From: Blastocystis sp. Blastoise
Taxonomy: Eukaryota > Protista > Bigyra: Opalinata
NCBI GenBank assembly: GCA_039096225.1
Contig: JBBPEB010000005.1
Coordinates: 1 to 64,000, forward strand
Direction: 5' to 3'
Length of the DNA: 64,000 bases
Part shown: positions 52,121-64,000 of the stretch, piece by piece
Numbering within the stretch: the first letter of the stretch is position 1
Layout: every line of letters starts with the position of its first letter
The notes under the pieces: generated by a model
Database searches by the model: none
What the model was told of the DNA's origin: nothing
The model's input: the letters and a program-made list of their open reading frames with translations, nothing else
Made by a program: the position numbers and the translations under genes

Positions 52121-53202
52121 TTAATTATTATTTGTATTAATAGCAGTAGAAGGATCTCGAGGAGCTGTGCATTTGGCACATATATCAAAAGTGAATCGAT
52201 TATTATATCCACAAGGACATGTCCATGGTTTTGGTTGACTCTATAATTAAATAAATATATATATATATAATATAATATATATATATACTTGTGGAATTTT
52301 TGGATTATATTTTTTGAATGGTTTTTTAATAGTTTTCCTTTGAAGTGTATTACTATCTTTTCTAAGTAATGTTGGATGTGTGTTAATAGAGAAGAAAGAA
52401 GAGGAAGAAGAAGAAGAAGAAGATGATGAAGATGAAGGGAAAAGAACTAATGAAGAACAATCATCATAAGATAAGTTTTCCATATATTTAATATAATACG
52501 TAGGCTATATATATAATATATATATAGTATAAATATAATATATATATATATTATATATACAACAATATTCATAATAGGTTCTGGTGTTTCTGAAGAGAGA
52601 AGATCTAGGAATTTGAATACATGAAGAATAGAGAGTATTTCTTGAACTTTATTTCCAATAGAAGAGAGAGAATAAATAGGAAATTCTGTATGAAGTTGAG
52701 TACATACTTCTTTTAAAGGTAAAATTGATTCTGAATTTGTATAAAAATACTATAAATAATAGAATTATTAATATATTATAATATATATATATATATATAC
52801 ACAAAGAAGACGTTTTGTGATTGCATATAGAATAGGAATTGGTTTATTATCAAACTATAATAATAATAATTATTATTATTATTATATATGATTATTCTAT
52901 ATACTTTAAGTTCTTCAGTAAATCGTTTTTGTTTGAAAGAAATAGTAATAGGTCGACGTGTCTCTCTTTTTAATATATCAATAGCATCTGAAAAAGATAA
53001 TCCTATAATATATATATAGTTATATAGAATATTATAGAATATTAAATATATAGAATAATAAAATTAGAATAATAAAATTAGAATAATAGATATATAGTTA
53101 TATACCCGCAAAAGATCGTCCATAAATACCTCGAATAACATCTCCTTCTGAAATAAGAGAATCAGAAGGAGAAGAAGCAGAAGCATTCTGATATATAGTA
53201 CG

Positions 53203-53235
<33 letters not shown>

Positions 53236-54168
53236 AATACTTTAATAACAATAGAATAAGCACATGAATCATTTTCATTCTGTTTTACTTCTAATCCAAA
53301 TTGCATATTTGTAAATACTACATCATATATACCCTATATAATATATAATAATATATAATAATAATATACAGTATCTTTAGTAGAAAGAAGAGGAAGATCA
53401 TCGGTAATTAATTTCCCTTTTTTCTTCTGGAGTGTCAGAATGACACGTCGTTCGTTATATTCACGTAATGTGTTGATGACACAATGCATTCCTCTCCAAT
53501 AATATTCCTTCTCATACTTTTCAATACATCCTAATAAACTATATATTTCAAGAATAATATGGAGTCGAGAACAATCTATATCTATAGATAGATAGATAGA
53601 TAATATATATATATATATATAGATAGAGAAAACAATAAAATAAATAATAAAATAAAATATATACTAAGAAGAATAGAGAGTTCTTCAACTTTAAGGAGTG
53701 TGATTTTATTATCAATAAGATATTTAATAAGTTGTATACATTGATTTTTGAGTGTTTCCATCTGTTCTCCTGTGAGTATGGAATCCTCTATAGAGACATT
53801 CAATGCATCTTCTTGGAGATTAAGATGGAGTTGTTTAGAGTTGATTGTTGAGTTACTATTAATAGTATTTGATATAGAAGAGAGAGAAGGAAGAGAAAGA
53901 GAAGGAAGAGAAGAAGAAGAAGAAGAAGGAAGGAGTGAAGAAAGAGAAGGAGAAGAAGAACGAGGAACAGGAGCAGGAGCTATAGGAACATTCTTAAGAA
54001 TAGGAGGAGGCATAGATGTATATGTAAATGAAGAAGAAGAAGAAGAAGTAGAAATAGGATATAAAGGAGAAGTATTATTATTAGTGTTATTATTATTAGT
54101 ATTAGTAGTAGTATTAGTATTATTATTATTAGTAGTAGTAGTATTATTATTTTTAGTAGTAGTAGTAT

Positions 54169-54206
<38 letters not shown>

Positions 54207-54745
54207 TTATTAGTAGTAGTTGCTGTATTATTATTACTATTATTATTAACATTATTATTATTATTAACATTATTATTGTTATTATTAACATTATTATTGT
54301 TATTATTAACATTATTATTGTTATTATTAACATTATTATTAACATTATTATTATTATTAACACTATTAACATTATTATCACTATTAACATTATTATTAAC
54401 ATTAACATTATTATTAACATTATTATTATTATTATTATTATTTGTGGTTATAATATTAGAATTTGATAGTGTATGTGTTGTTGATTTAGTAGAATAGGAA
54501 GAGAGAGAAACAGAAGAAGAAGAAGAAGAAGAAGAAGAGATACTCATCGTGTCTTTTGTAAGTTGAGATTGTTGTGTGTTTTGTTTTATAGGAGTAGAAG
54601 TAGAAGGAGAAGAAGAGATAGATGTTGTATTCGATGGATCTATAAGAGGAAGAGGAGTAGAAGGAGTAGAAGGAAGAATATAAGTAGATTCAACAGGATT
54701 ATCTATTGATTTATTATTATTATTATTATTTGAAGAAGAAGAAGA

Positions 54746-54779
<34 letters not shown>

Positions 54780-55515
54780 ATAGAATTAAGTAGATTTGAT
54801 TTTATAGTATTTACAGATTGTATTCCTTCTTGAAGGAGAAGAGAATTATGTGTTGAGTTCGAAGTATATAGATTTTGAGATAAAGGAGGATTAGACATAG
54901 AAAGAAGAGAAGACATTCCATTTAATGAAGATATAGATGATTTATGTAGAGACATAGAATCAGGAGATAAAGATATACTATATATATATATATAACATTA
55001 TATATTACGAATAATAAGAATATAAAATATATATAGAAATAAAAATATATATATATATACTTTTGTGATTGTAATTCATTATTATTATTATTAAGAACAG
55101 ATCTTGTTGTATCTGATAAAGGTAATAATGATTCATTTACAGAAGAAGAAATAGAATTTATATATGGATTTACAGAATCAGAAAGATTTGAAGGAATAGC
55201 AATAGGTGAAAAAACATTATAATTAGAACTAGATATCGAATTATAATCTAAATATTGATGAGTTTCCATATGATTATTCATATCAGTATCTTCATCACTA
55301 CTCAACATAGAGTACTGTAAAGAATTATCTGTTGTTTTTATAGGTAAACAAGTCTCTGTTGAAAAGAAATAATCTGGAAAAAAAGGATTTATTTTCGAAC
55401 ATTCGATATTTGATTCAGAAAAACTAGACCGTTTAGATTCCATACCTGCTTGATAACTTGATCCTTGCTCAGAAGATTGTAAATCTATCATTTCATCAGT
55501 AGGTTCGTCTGTCAT
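52121..55515 (-). CDS. Atypical E2F-like (two degenerate winged-helix domains) + PDZ + RanBP2-type Zn finger protein, 10 exons
   Basis: All nine GT-AG introns traced in frame. S/N/T low-complexity N-terminus; two E2F7/8-like segments; PDZ-like FGLEV...ISEGDVI..I.G..FAGLSFSDAIDILK...RPITISF; C-terminal WTCPCGYNN...CAKCTAPR. Confidence 0.65.
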
Positions 55516-56300
55516 TATGAATTTTTTGATTAGTTTATATCTAATAAATATTCAAATGACTCTATATACAGTTTCATTATATTTATATATCAAAAAGAAA
55601 AAACTTACTAGGAAGAAAAACGAATTTTGACAAAATAATCAATATATTTACTTTAATCACAAAGAACCTTCGGAATAAAATATTTAAAATATCAAAATAT
55701 TAATTGATATCAAGTATATATATTGATTAATTGAAAAAAAATAAATAATCAATAAAAAATTAAAATATAAACCTGGTTATTCCTTCTTTTTATTTTGTGT
55801 CTTTTTCTTTTTTCCTTTTTCTTTTTCTTTTTCTTTTTCTTTTTCTTTTTCTATTTAAAAAAAAAAAAACAAAATATTTCGATTTTCCACTCTATTCCTA
55901 TCCTTCATATATATACATATATTTTTTTCTTTTTGCTCCTTTTCCTCTCTTTCTTTTCATTTATCCATTTTCCCATAATTATTCATTTATCCTCTTTACT
56001 CTTCTATCTACTTTTTTACATCCATACACAGAATAATCGCAATAACAATCTTTCCATGATTCTTGTTGATTTAATCAGTTTAATATCAAAATTCCCAGAT
56101 AGAAAAATACCCAATATGGAAAATATCAACCTTGGAAATATCTCCCAGAAATCACAATTCCCCGTGATTACCCGGATATTCGGGTTGTCTCCTTTCCACT
56201 TTTCTTCCATTTTCTCGTACCCTTTCATTTCCACTTCAACATTCTCTTTTGCTTTCGTTTTTCTTATTAATTTTCCTAATTTCTTTCATTTAATTAAACT

Positions 56301-56634
56301 ATGAGTGGATATTCTCCTGCTGAACAACAACAAGCTCTTGAAAATGTATATATTTGTTAAGTTATACTAAGCACACTAATAATTATTTCTCCATTATAGG
56401 CTCGTCAAGAAGTTGCCCAAGCTAACATTCAATCTATCATGACTGTATTTTGTTTTCTTTAAATTAATATTTATTTCTTCTTTTTAGGATATCACTGATA
56501 AATGTTTTAACATTTGTGTTACTAAGGCTGGTTCTTCTTTAGATTCTAAGGAAAAGACCTGTTTAGATAACTGTATGAACAGATATTTTGATACCATCAA
56601 GGTTGTTTCTGAATCCATGAACAAACAAAAGTAG
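56301..56634 (+). CDS. TIM13: Mitochondrial intermembrane-space chaperone Tim13 (exons 56301-56345, 56400-56444, 56488-56634)
   Basis: RQEVAQANIQSIMTDITDKCFNICVTKAGSSLDSKEKTCLDNCMNRYFDT has the twin CX3C motif. Absent from the ORF track. Confidence 0.88.
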
Positions 56635-56885
56635 ATGATACTTAGTGATTCTTTAAGATTATGATATCTCTATGCATCTCTTACGTTATCATTTGGGTTT
56701 TATTTATTTTGGGATTAGTTTTTCTTATGATTACTGAAAGTCTTGTTATTAATTATAAAATATTGAAAATTGTGTTTTGTATAATTAGATAAAACATTAA
56801 TTGGTCATTTTAAATTTCATTAAGCATAATAATATGATTAAATTTTTTAACAAAACTAATGATTCATTTTTAATAAAAGTAACAT

Positions 56886-57150
56886 TTATAATATCACACA
56901 ACGATTAAATCGTTTTGGTTCAGATTTGATATTATTTGGTGTAGAAATGATATCATTCTTTTCTATATTACGTTGACTATGTGTATTTTTGTTTTCATCT
57001 TCTAAACATGAATCTGTAGAGGGTGTCCAAGTAGATTGATCTAATTTATTTAATTCTTTTTCATCAAAATGTATATGAATTGAATCTAATGTTGGTAATG
57101 AAGCTATACTTACTATATTTATTATTATTATTATGTTTATTATTATTATG

Positions 57151-57188
<38 letters not shown>

Positions 57189-57927
57189 GTTTATTATATA
57201 TATACTATCTAAAAAAGAAGAATCTGTATTTGATTGAATACTATCATCCTATAAAAATAATTATTATTATTATGTTTAATATTATGTTTAATATTATGTT
57301 TAATATAAGCATAATAGATATAATAAGAATAATATATATAATATATATAATATATATAATATATATAATAGATATAATAAGAATAATATATATAATATAT
57401 AATATATATAATATATATAATAGATATAATATATAAAAACATATAACTATAATATTGTAATATTAATAAACTTAAAAAACAATATAATTATAATTAAAGC
57501 TTTAAAAATATAATGATACTATATTAAAAACCAATTCATTATATTTAATAACTTAAATTCATCAAAACTATATATATATACAAATTGCAACCGCCGTTTT
57601 GATTTCCAGTTTTGCTCATCAAGCATCGTTTGTTTCTGTAATTGATCTATTGACCTCTTCTTAGTTTCTGAAATATGTTTATACGAGGATGGATGCACTT
57701 TTTCCGCTGTTTCACTCATTGTGATGGATCTAGTAACTCGAGTAGAGTATGGAGTTTCTCTTACAGTTACTTTTGAAGAATCAGAATACTTATCATAACC
57801 ATTTGGTGTAAACAAATGATCATGTTTACTATTCTTGATACTATATATGAATACTCTATTATTACAACATTTATCTACTATTATCTTACTGATCTATATA
57901 TTGTTTTGGTGTATTATTATCCACCAT
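56886..57927 (-). CDS. Hypothetical 188-aa protein with C-terminal CaaX box (CVIL); exons 57927-57890, 57840-57582, 57248-57206, 57112-56886
   Basis: Three in-frame GT-AG introns. Ends ...PKRFNRCVIL*. Contains KSKRRLQF and five TP sites. Confidence 0.65.
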
Positions 57928-58084
57928 GAAGTAACTTTTTTATAAATAACCTTGTAAAATGTTTATGAAATATAAGTTATACGTATTTCTAATATTATTT
58001 TTGAGAAATTAATATAAAATAACGAACTTTAAAAGCGATCAAAACAGAAAAAAAAATAGATAAGTTTCAATAAAATACAGAGAA

Positions 58085-59564
58085 ATGAATAATGAGATAC
58101 AAAATAAAGATAAAGGAAACAAAATAGCTTCATTGGTTCTTGATAAGTATAATTCATTTCCATCAAAAGGAAAGTGTCAAGAACATGAATGGACATGTTT
58201 AGCTGGAATTGTCATGGAAAAATGGAATAATATGTCTTGTATTGCTATAGGTACAGGAACAAAATGTTTAAGTGAAGATAAATTGAATGATAATGGTAGT
58301 TTAGTAGATGATTGTCACGCAGAAGTGATTGCAAGACGATCTTTTCTTCTTTTCCTATTAGATCAAATACTTCTATGGCATAAAAATGTTGATGAATCTA
58401 TATTTCAAATGAATAATGAGTCGTCATTACTAGAAATAAAGGAAGGAATACAATTTCATTTTTATATAAGTCAGTCTCCATGTGGAGAAGCTTGTAATTT
58501 TGAAATGAATAATGCAAAAAGAGTAGCAGAAGAGATATATGATTCAAAACAACGAAATTCAAAAAGAAGAAAAGTAGAAGAATCAACGAGTAATATTCTA
58601 CAATTAAATAATCAAGACAATGAAAATGAAATGAATCAACATAAAACGGGTGCTAAAGCCATCCTATCAAGCACATCTTCTGTATATAGTCATTCTTCTC
58701 TATATACTCATATTCCTTTACGAATCAAACCAGGTCGTGGTATTTCAACACTAAGTAATTGTTGTAGTGATAAACTGGCTCTTTGGGCAACTGTAGGAAT
58801 TCAAGTATATTACTCTCTCTTCTATATATATAATCAATTGAGTATGATGAATCTATCTTTCTTTTTGTTTTTTTTTTTTAATATTATGATACATTTCTTC
58901 TTATAATGATATTCTATAATTGATTATTCTTATATATATATATAATCTTTTTGATGATTAGTTTTCCTATTTATTAATTCTATACTAGGGTAAACTTCTT
59001 TCTTGTATAATGAATCCAATCTATTTATCTTCTATAACTATAACAGATTTATATAATGAAGATGCATTAAGACGTACTTTTGATCAACGTCTTTCATCTA
59101 TTACACATTCTATACATAACTATATACCTCATCCTCCTCTTCTATATAATACAACAAATATAACAATTCCATTCTCAGAAATACAAGTATTACAGCGATT
59201 AAAAGGTATGAAGAAGATGTCAGCGTGTGGTTCTACTCTTTCTTGGTGCAAAGACCGATCTGTAGAAGTTATAGCTGGAATTACTGGACTAAAATTAGGA
59301 GCTTCAACGAAAATGATGCAACTACCTCCAGAAAAAGTACAATCGAATTTATCTAGAAAGATGATATTTCATTATTATCGACAAATTCTCAAGGAACTAT
59401 CTCTTTTTCAGAATATATATGATATATGTACTACATATAAATCTATAAAGGAATATAAAAATGAATACAAAGAATATAAAATGTATGTAATCAATGAATA
59501 TACGGATAGTGCATTTTATGGATGGAAACAAAAAGATATAGATAAATATTATAATTTCTCATAA
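58085..59564 (+). CDS. ADAT1: tRNA-specific adenosine deaminase ADAT1/Tad1 (exons 58085-58804, 58989-59564)
   Basis: GTGTKC, DCHAEVIARR, FHFYISQSPCG, LRIKPGRG, CSDKLALW..VGIQG. No dsRNA-binding domains, so ADAT1 rather than ADAR. Confidence 0.88.
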
Positions 59565-59739
59565 CTCTTTTTTCTTTGTTGTATGTTTATATATGTATTC
59601 TATGTTTCATTTTCCTTTTTTTTTTAATTAAAAAAACAAAAATAGCAAACAAGGAATGAATTTTTTTTTATTATTAAATGATGAAAGACTATTTAGATGA
59701 AATATATATAATATAATTATGTCTTTTAAATGAATTTGA

Positions 59740-60015
59740 TTATCCACGAGAAGGTATATATTTGACTTTATCATCTTCACCAAGAATAATACGAACACGA
59801 TCACGTCTTAAATCCATAGTAATAGGACTGTTTTCATGAATTACTTGAATAAAAATAGTAGAATCATCTTTTAAAATCAATGATTTGCAGCTGTTAGCAT
59901 CTAATCCTACACACGAAGGCCAGTTTGCTTTTTCAAGAGTTTCGCTTTTCTGATAAGTTGGAAAAGACAATACACAAACGAAAAGTAATGTAAAAATAAA
60001 GAAAGAATAATGCAT
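59740..60015 (-). CDS. Potato inhibitor I family (MEROPS I13) serine protease inhibitor, signal peptide, P1 Met
   Basis: MHYSFFIFTLLFVCVLS leader, then WPSCVG...SPITM-DLRRDRVRI...IPSRG*. Confidence 0.88.
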   Translation of the reverse strand: MHYSFFIFTLLFVCVLSFPTYQKSETLEKANWPSCVGLDANSCKSLILKDDSTIFIQVIHENSPITMDLRRDRVRIILGEDDKVKYIPSRG

Positions 60016-60590
60016 ATCAATCTTGCTGATAAAATTAAAATAATAAGAAAATAACTCTATAAATATTTTTACTGAATTCATTTTTCGATTTATTCCAGTT
60101 TACTCTATTGTTTTTGTTTTCTAAATTAAAAATAAAATATAGATTATATTCAGATATTTATATATATCAATAATCCATATATAATATATAAAAATATGTA
60201 AATCAATTGTTTTATTTCAATTAAACTGTTCCATTTTTACCATAATAATTTCTTATATGACTACTACGAATAGTTTATGTACTTGATTCATGAATAATTT
60301 TTTAAAAACACGTGTTTGTAATTGAGATTAATACTTTGTTATAAGTAATATTACTAAAATATGAATGATTCATTTATTTACTATTTAATTTGTTTCGTGT
60401 TATAAGTCAATCAATGAATTAAGTGAATAAAAACAATAATGATCACTTTCATCTCTACAAAATGGATTTTCTATCCTTGTAAATGTAAAATAATATTAGT
60501 TTTAATCATTGATAATCAATAAAAATTTAAAAAAAAAAAATAAAAATTAAAAAATACGAAACAAGAATGAAAAAGTACAAATTTACAATT

Positions 60591-60800
60591 TTAGGCAATA
60601 TTAGGAGTGACAAGAACTTTGTTTTCACTATCAACAATAATACGAACACGATCGTTTCTTAAATCCATAGTACAAGGAGAATTTTCATTTAAGAGAGAAA
60701 CATTAAAGGAAGGAAATTCTTTTTGAATTTCAGCAAGAGCTTCATTACCGTCTTTACCAACAAAGCGAGACCAATCAGAGTGTTCAGGACTGTGGAACAT
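60591..60800 (-). CDS. Potato inhibitor I family (I13) inhibitor, no signal peptide, P1 Met
   Basis: WSRFVGKDG.EA...SPCTM-DLRNDRVRIIVD...VLVTPNIA*. Confidence 0.85.
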   Translation of the reverse strand: MFHSPEHSDWSRFVGKDGNEALAEIQKEFPSFNVSLLNENSPCTMDLRNDRVRIIVDSENKVLVTPNIA

Positions 60801-61082
60801 ATTACAAGGACAAAAAGAATTCAAAATTTACAAAAAAATAAGAAGATTTATGAGTTGAAGCGAAATTCTTTTTTTTTCTGTATTATTCAGAAAAGCCATA
60901 TATAGAGAAAAGTAAAGATGTTTCTAGATAGAGTTGTTTCTCAGGTTTCTATTGGTCAGGTTTACATTCATGATTAAATAGAATCACCAACTTGATACTG
61001 AATATAAAATTAAGGAAATTATTCTAAATATCATTTTATAATTTTTTTTTAAAGATTTTATTTTAATCATCTAAGTATAATC

Positions 61083-61557
61083 ATGGAATCTTCTGGTAAA
61101 TTCTTTATTTTTATTATATGTTGTTTGCTATCATTGACTTTAGCTGCTGCTAATCCTAAACCCAAGAATAAGTATATAGATCATTATTTTTTTCTTATCA
61201 AGTTTATTATATATTTATTATTTTCTAGTTGGCCTGAACTTGCTGGTAAACCCGTTGATGAAGCTATTGCTGCCATTAAAGCCGATAGACCTGATGTAAC
61301 TATTGTTCAATGTCCTCCTGTATATATATATATTGATATTTATTTTTTTAAAAAGAAGAATATATCTTTTTGAATATAATTGATAATATATATTGATATT
61401 TTTTTTTTAAAAAGAAGAATATATCTTTTTGAATATAATTGATCATATAAAATATTTATAGAATGTTGCTAGTCGTGAATATAATCCTTATCGTGTTTTA
61501 TTATACGTTTCTAGAGATGAACACCCCGTTGTCTTAACTCCTCCTCACTGTTCTTAA
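61083..61557 (+). CDS. Potato inhibitor I family (I13) inhibitor, signal peptide, P1 Arg (exons 61083-61171, 61229-61319, 61462-61557)
   Basis: Signal peptide, then NWPELAGKPVDEAIAAIKADRPDV...CPPNVASR-EYNPYRVLLYVS...VVLTPPHCS*. Confidence 0.82.
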
Positions 61558-62362
61558 ATCAGGTTATGATCTAATTGAAATCTAAATACTGTACACATTA
61601 TTTCTAGTTTTGTTTTCTAAAAATATATCTTTATTCATGATTGCTATAATAGAAATATATATATATATATATATTATGATTGTTATGAGTAACATATAGA
61701 TAAATATAATAATTTTTATTTTAACAAAACAAAAAAAAAATAGAAGAAGAAACTGGACACAGATCAAAACACGAAAAAGAAAAGAAGATATAGATAAGTG
61801 TTGCTATCTATTAATGAAATATATACAGCAACAACTACAATCTTAAAGTCTGAAAATACTAATAAATTTAATTATTAGAATTATAAACCGACTAAAAGAG
61901 AAAAAACTGTTGCTTTACAAAAAGAAATACAGACTAGCATGACACCAATAGTAATTATAATATATATATACATATATAAATAATAAGAAATATTTATATG
62001 GATATACTAAGTTAAATATTAAGATAAAGAAAGAAATGGATGCTAATTCAATAACACCATAGATGACATAATATAGAAATGGGTAGAGAAATAAAAAGAG
62101 TATACTTTTTAAATGTATAATAATATATATATACATTAAAAAAAGTGATAAAAAAAAAAAGGGATTTCAAAATAATCGATAAAAACTAGAGTTATCAAAT
62201 AAATAGTAAATAGAGGATATTATAATTAATAAATATAAAAATAACTCACACAAAATAAATCTTAATGACATAAAGTAGAGTTCAATGTATTAGGAGATAT
62301 ATAAAGGAAAATAGTATTAGATAACAACTAGGATATTTGAAAATATATAAATAAACAATAAA

Positions 62363-62395
<33 letters not shown>

Positions 62396-62565
62396 GAATA
62401 AAAAATGAAAAATCATCAACTAGAATAAACAAAAGGGTACAAAAAGTTTTAAATAAATTTATATATAAATATAAGCAAAAGTATATAAAAAATAAAATAA
62501 TGATATTATGTTTTATAATAATTTATACAAAAAGAATAAATACATATAGAGAATACAATAAATAG

Positions 62566-63795
62566 TTACTGACTTCTATTTGTATATAGAAGTTCCGGAT
62601 GATATTTCAGCATTTCTAAATAAGCTTGTTTCTTTAATAAAGGAATATCTTTAGTATTACAAGAATCGATATTTAATTGAATAGCATCAGAACACGATTG
62701 AACGTATAAATCGTCTTCATTAAATATATCTTCAAAATAAGGATGATGAAGTAATTGATAAGCATTCCATCTCTTACGAGGATCTACTTGTAAACATTTC
62801 GATAATAAATCTAAAAATAATGGATCTATTTGAGAATTATGAAATAATGAAATAGACTTCGGTTTAACTTTAGAATAACAACTTTGAACAAATTGTAATG
62901 CACTACTATTATTAATAAAGGAGACATCACTTGGTATTCCAAAATAACTGAAGATCAATTCAAGTTGAGCTAAAACATTATTACAACGTAATAAAGGAGT
63001 ATGACCCACCATTTCATAAATAATAAGACCATATGCCCAAATATCTATTTTCTCATTATATTCACATTCTAATAATAACTCAGGAGCACGATACCAACGA
63101 CTAACTACATAAAGAGACATTGTTTCCTTCTTTTCACGAGCTAAACCTAAATCACAGATCTTAGTCAAAGAATCTTTATTCACTAAAATATTTCCTGGTT
63201 TCAAATCACGATGAATCAATCCATTTTGATGAAGACAATTAATAGCACATAATATCTGATAACTCATATACTTTACATGGTTCATTGATAAAGACTGATT
63301 ATCAATAACCCAACGAAGATCCATATCCATAGCCTCCATCACAAAATAAACATCATTAAATTGATTAAATGATGATGGAGCTAATATTTCATAAAAAGTA
63401 ACAATATTCTTATGCTTTATATTAGATAAAATCTTAATTTCACGTAAAGCACTCTTTGCATGACTTATCGTATCAAAAGCATCAATCATTCGTTTTATAG
63501 ATACTATTTCACCAGTTTCATTCATCTTAGCTCTATATACTTCACCATAAGTACCATGACCTAAACATTCCAAAATCGAGTATGTACTCCTTAATGGATA
63601 AGATCTTGTCTAAATAAACAAAAAAATGATATCAAGATTTATAACAAAGTGTGTAAATAAGTATACATTGAATGGCTGTACAACTGTAGTTGGAGACAGT
63701 TGTGTATTAGATTTATATATATTCATTGGAACTTTGTCTCGATAATAATTACTTAAATAATTTGTTTCTTCCATTTGGCCCGTAATTACTGTCAT
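62566..63795 (-). CDS. MAPK-family (CMGC) protein kinase (exons 63795-63667, 63609-62566)
   Basis: GHGTYGEV, SIKR..DAF....AKSALREIKIL, HRDLKPGNILVN, ICDLGLAR, YVVSRWYRAPELLL, and a MAPK-like tail (HPYF...EMLKYHPE). Confidence 0.88.
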
Positions 63796-64000
63796 CTTGA
63801 ACCTAATTAAAGAGAATTACCAGTAATAAAGCGACAAAAACCAGTCAATCTTCCAAAAAAATAATATAATCTTTACAAACTCAATAAAAAACAATTTGGT
63901 TCGTAAATTCCCTTGTTTTTGATGTTTTGCCAAGAGTTAATTGTGCTTATGACCAAAGAATGAGATAAAACATGGATCACGAATCTCATTGGCTATTTCC

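Noticed and set aside
53748-54497. Antisense or alternative-frame ORFs rich in L/V/I (also 17901-18205, 31053-31293, 36558-37056)
   Set aside because: By-products of (AAT)n, (TCT)n and (GATAAT)n coding repeats in the real genes.
56074-56087. ATCAGTTTAATATC resembles U2 snRNA stem IIa
   Set aside because: There is no upstream GTGTAGTA branch-pairing sequence and no complementary CTGAT arm; likely chance in AT-rich DNA.

Overview
Very AT-rich, gene-dense and intron-rich eukaryotic DNA from a protist. Short introns, minor-spliceosome introns and the gene content suggest a Blastocystis-like stramenopile, which is an inference. The ORF track fragments the genes, so I rebuilt spliced models by hand. 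I found 17 protein-coding genes: ubiquilin/DSK2, dynactin p24 (DCTN3), URB2/Npa2, an unannotated 60-aa spliced microprotein, a ~3,480-aa coiled-coil protein, a ~17.7-kb HECT E3 ligase, RPC34/POLR3F, AFG2/SPATA5, GLE1, RPS11, an atypical E2F-like protein with PDZ and RanBP2-type Zn finger, TIM13, an orphan CaaX protein, ADAT1 and three potato-inhibitor-I (I13) protease inhibitors, plus a MAPK-like kinase as the eighteenth. No rRNA, tRNA, CRISPR array or transposon was seen. Main highlights: (1) three AT-AC (U12-type) introns with ATATCC donors and CTTAAT branch sites; (2) a 98-nt intron that is purely G(TA)48G; (3) a GC-rich heptamer, TCCC[GC/GT/AC]G, found at 22 or more sites, mostly inside coding exons, on both strands and in different frames; (4) the E2F-PDZ-E2F-ZnF architecture; (5) a diversified protease-inhibitor cluster; (6) RPS11 introns whose 3' ends copy the end of the upstream exon.
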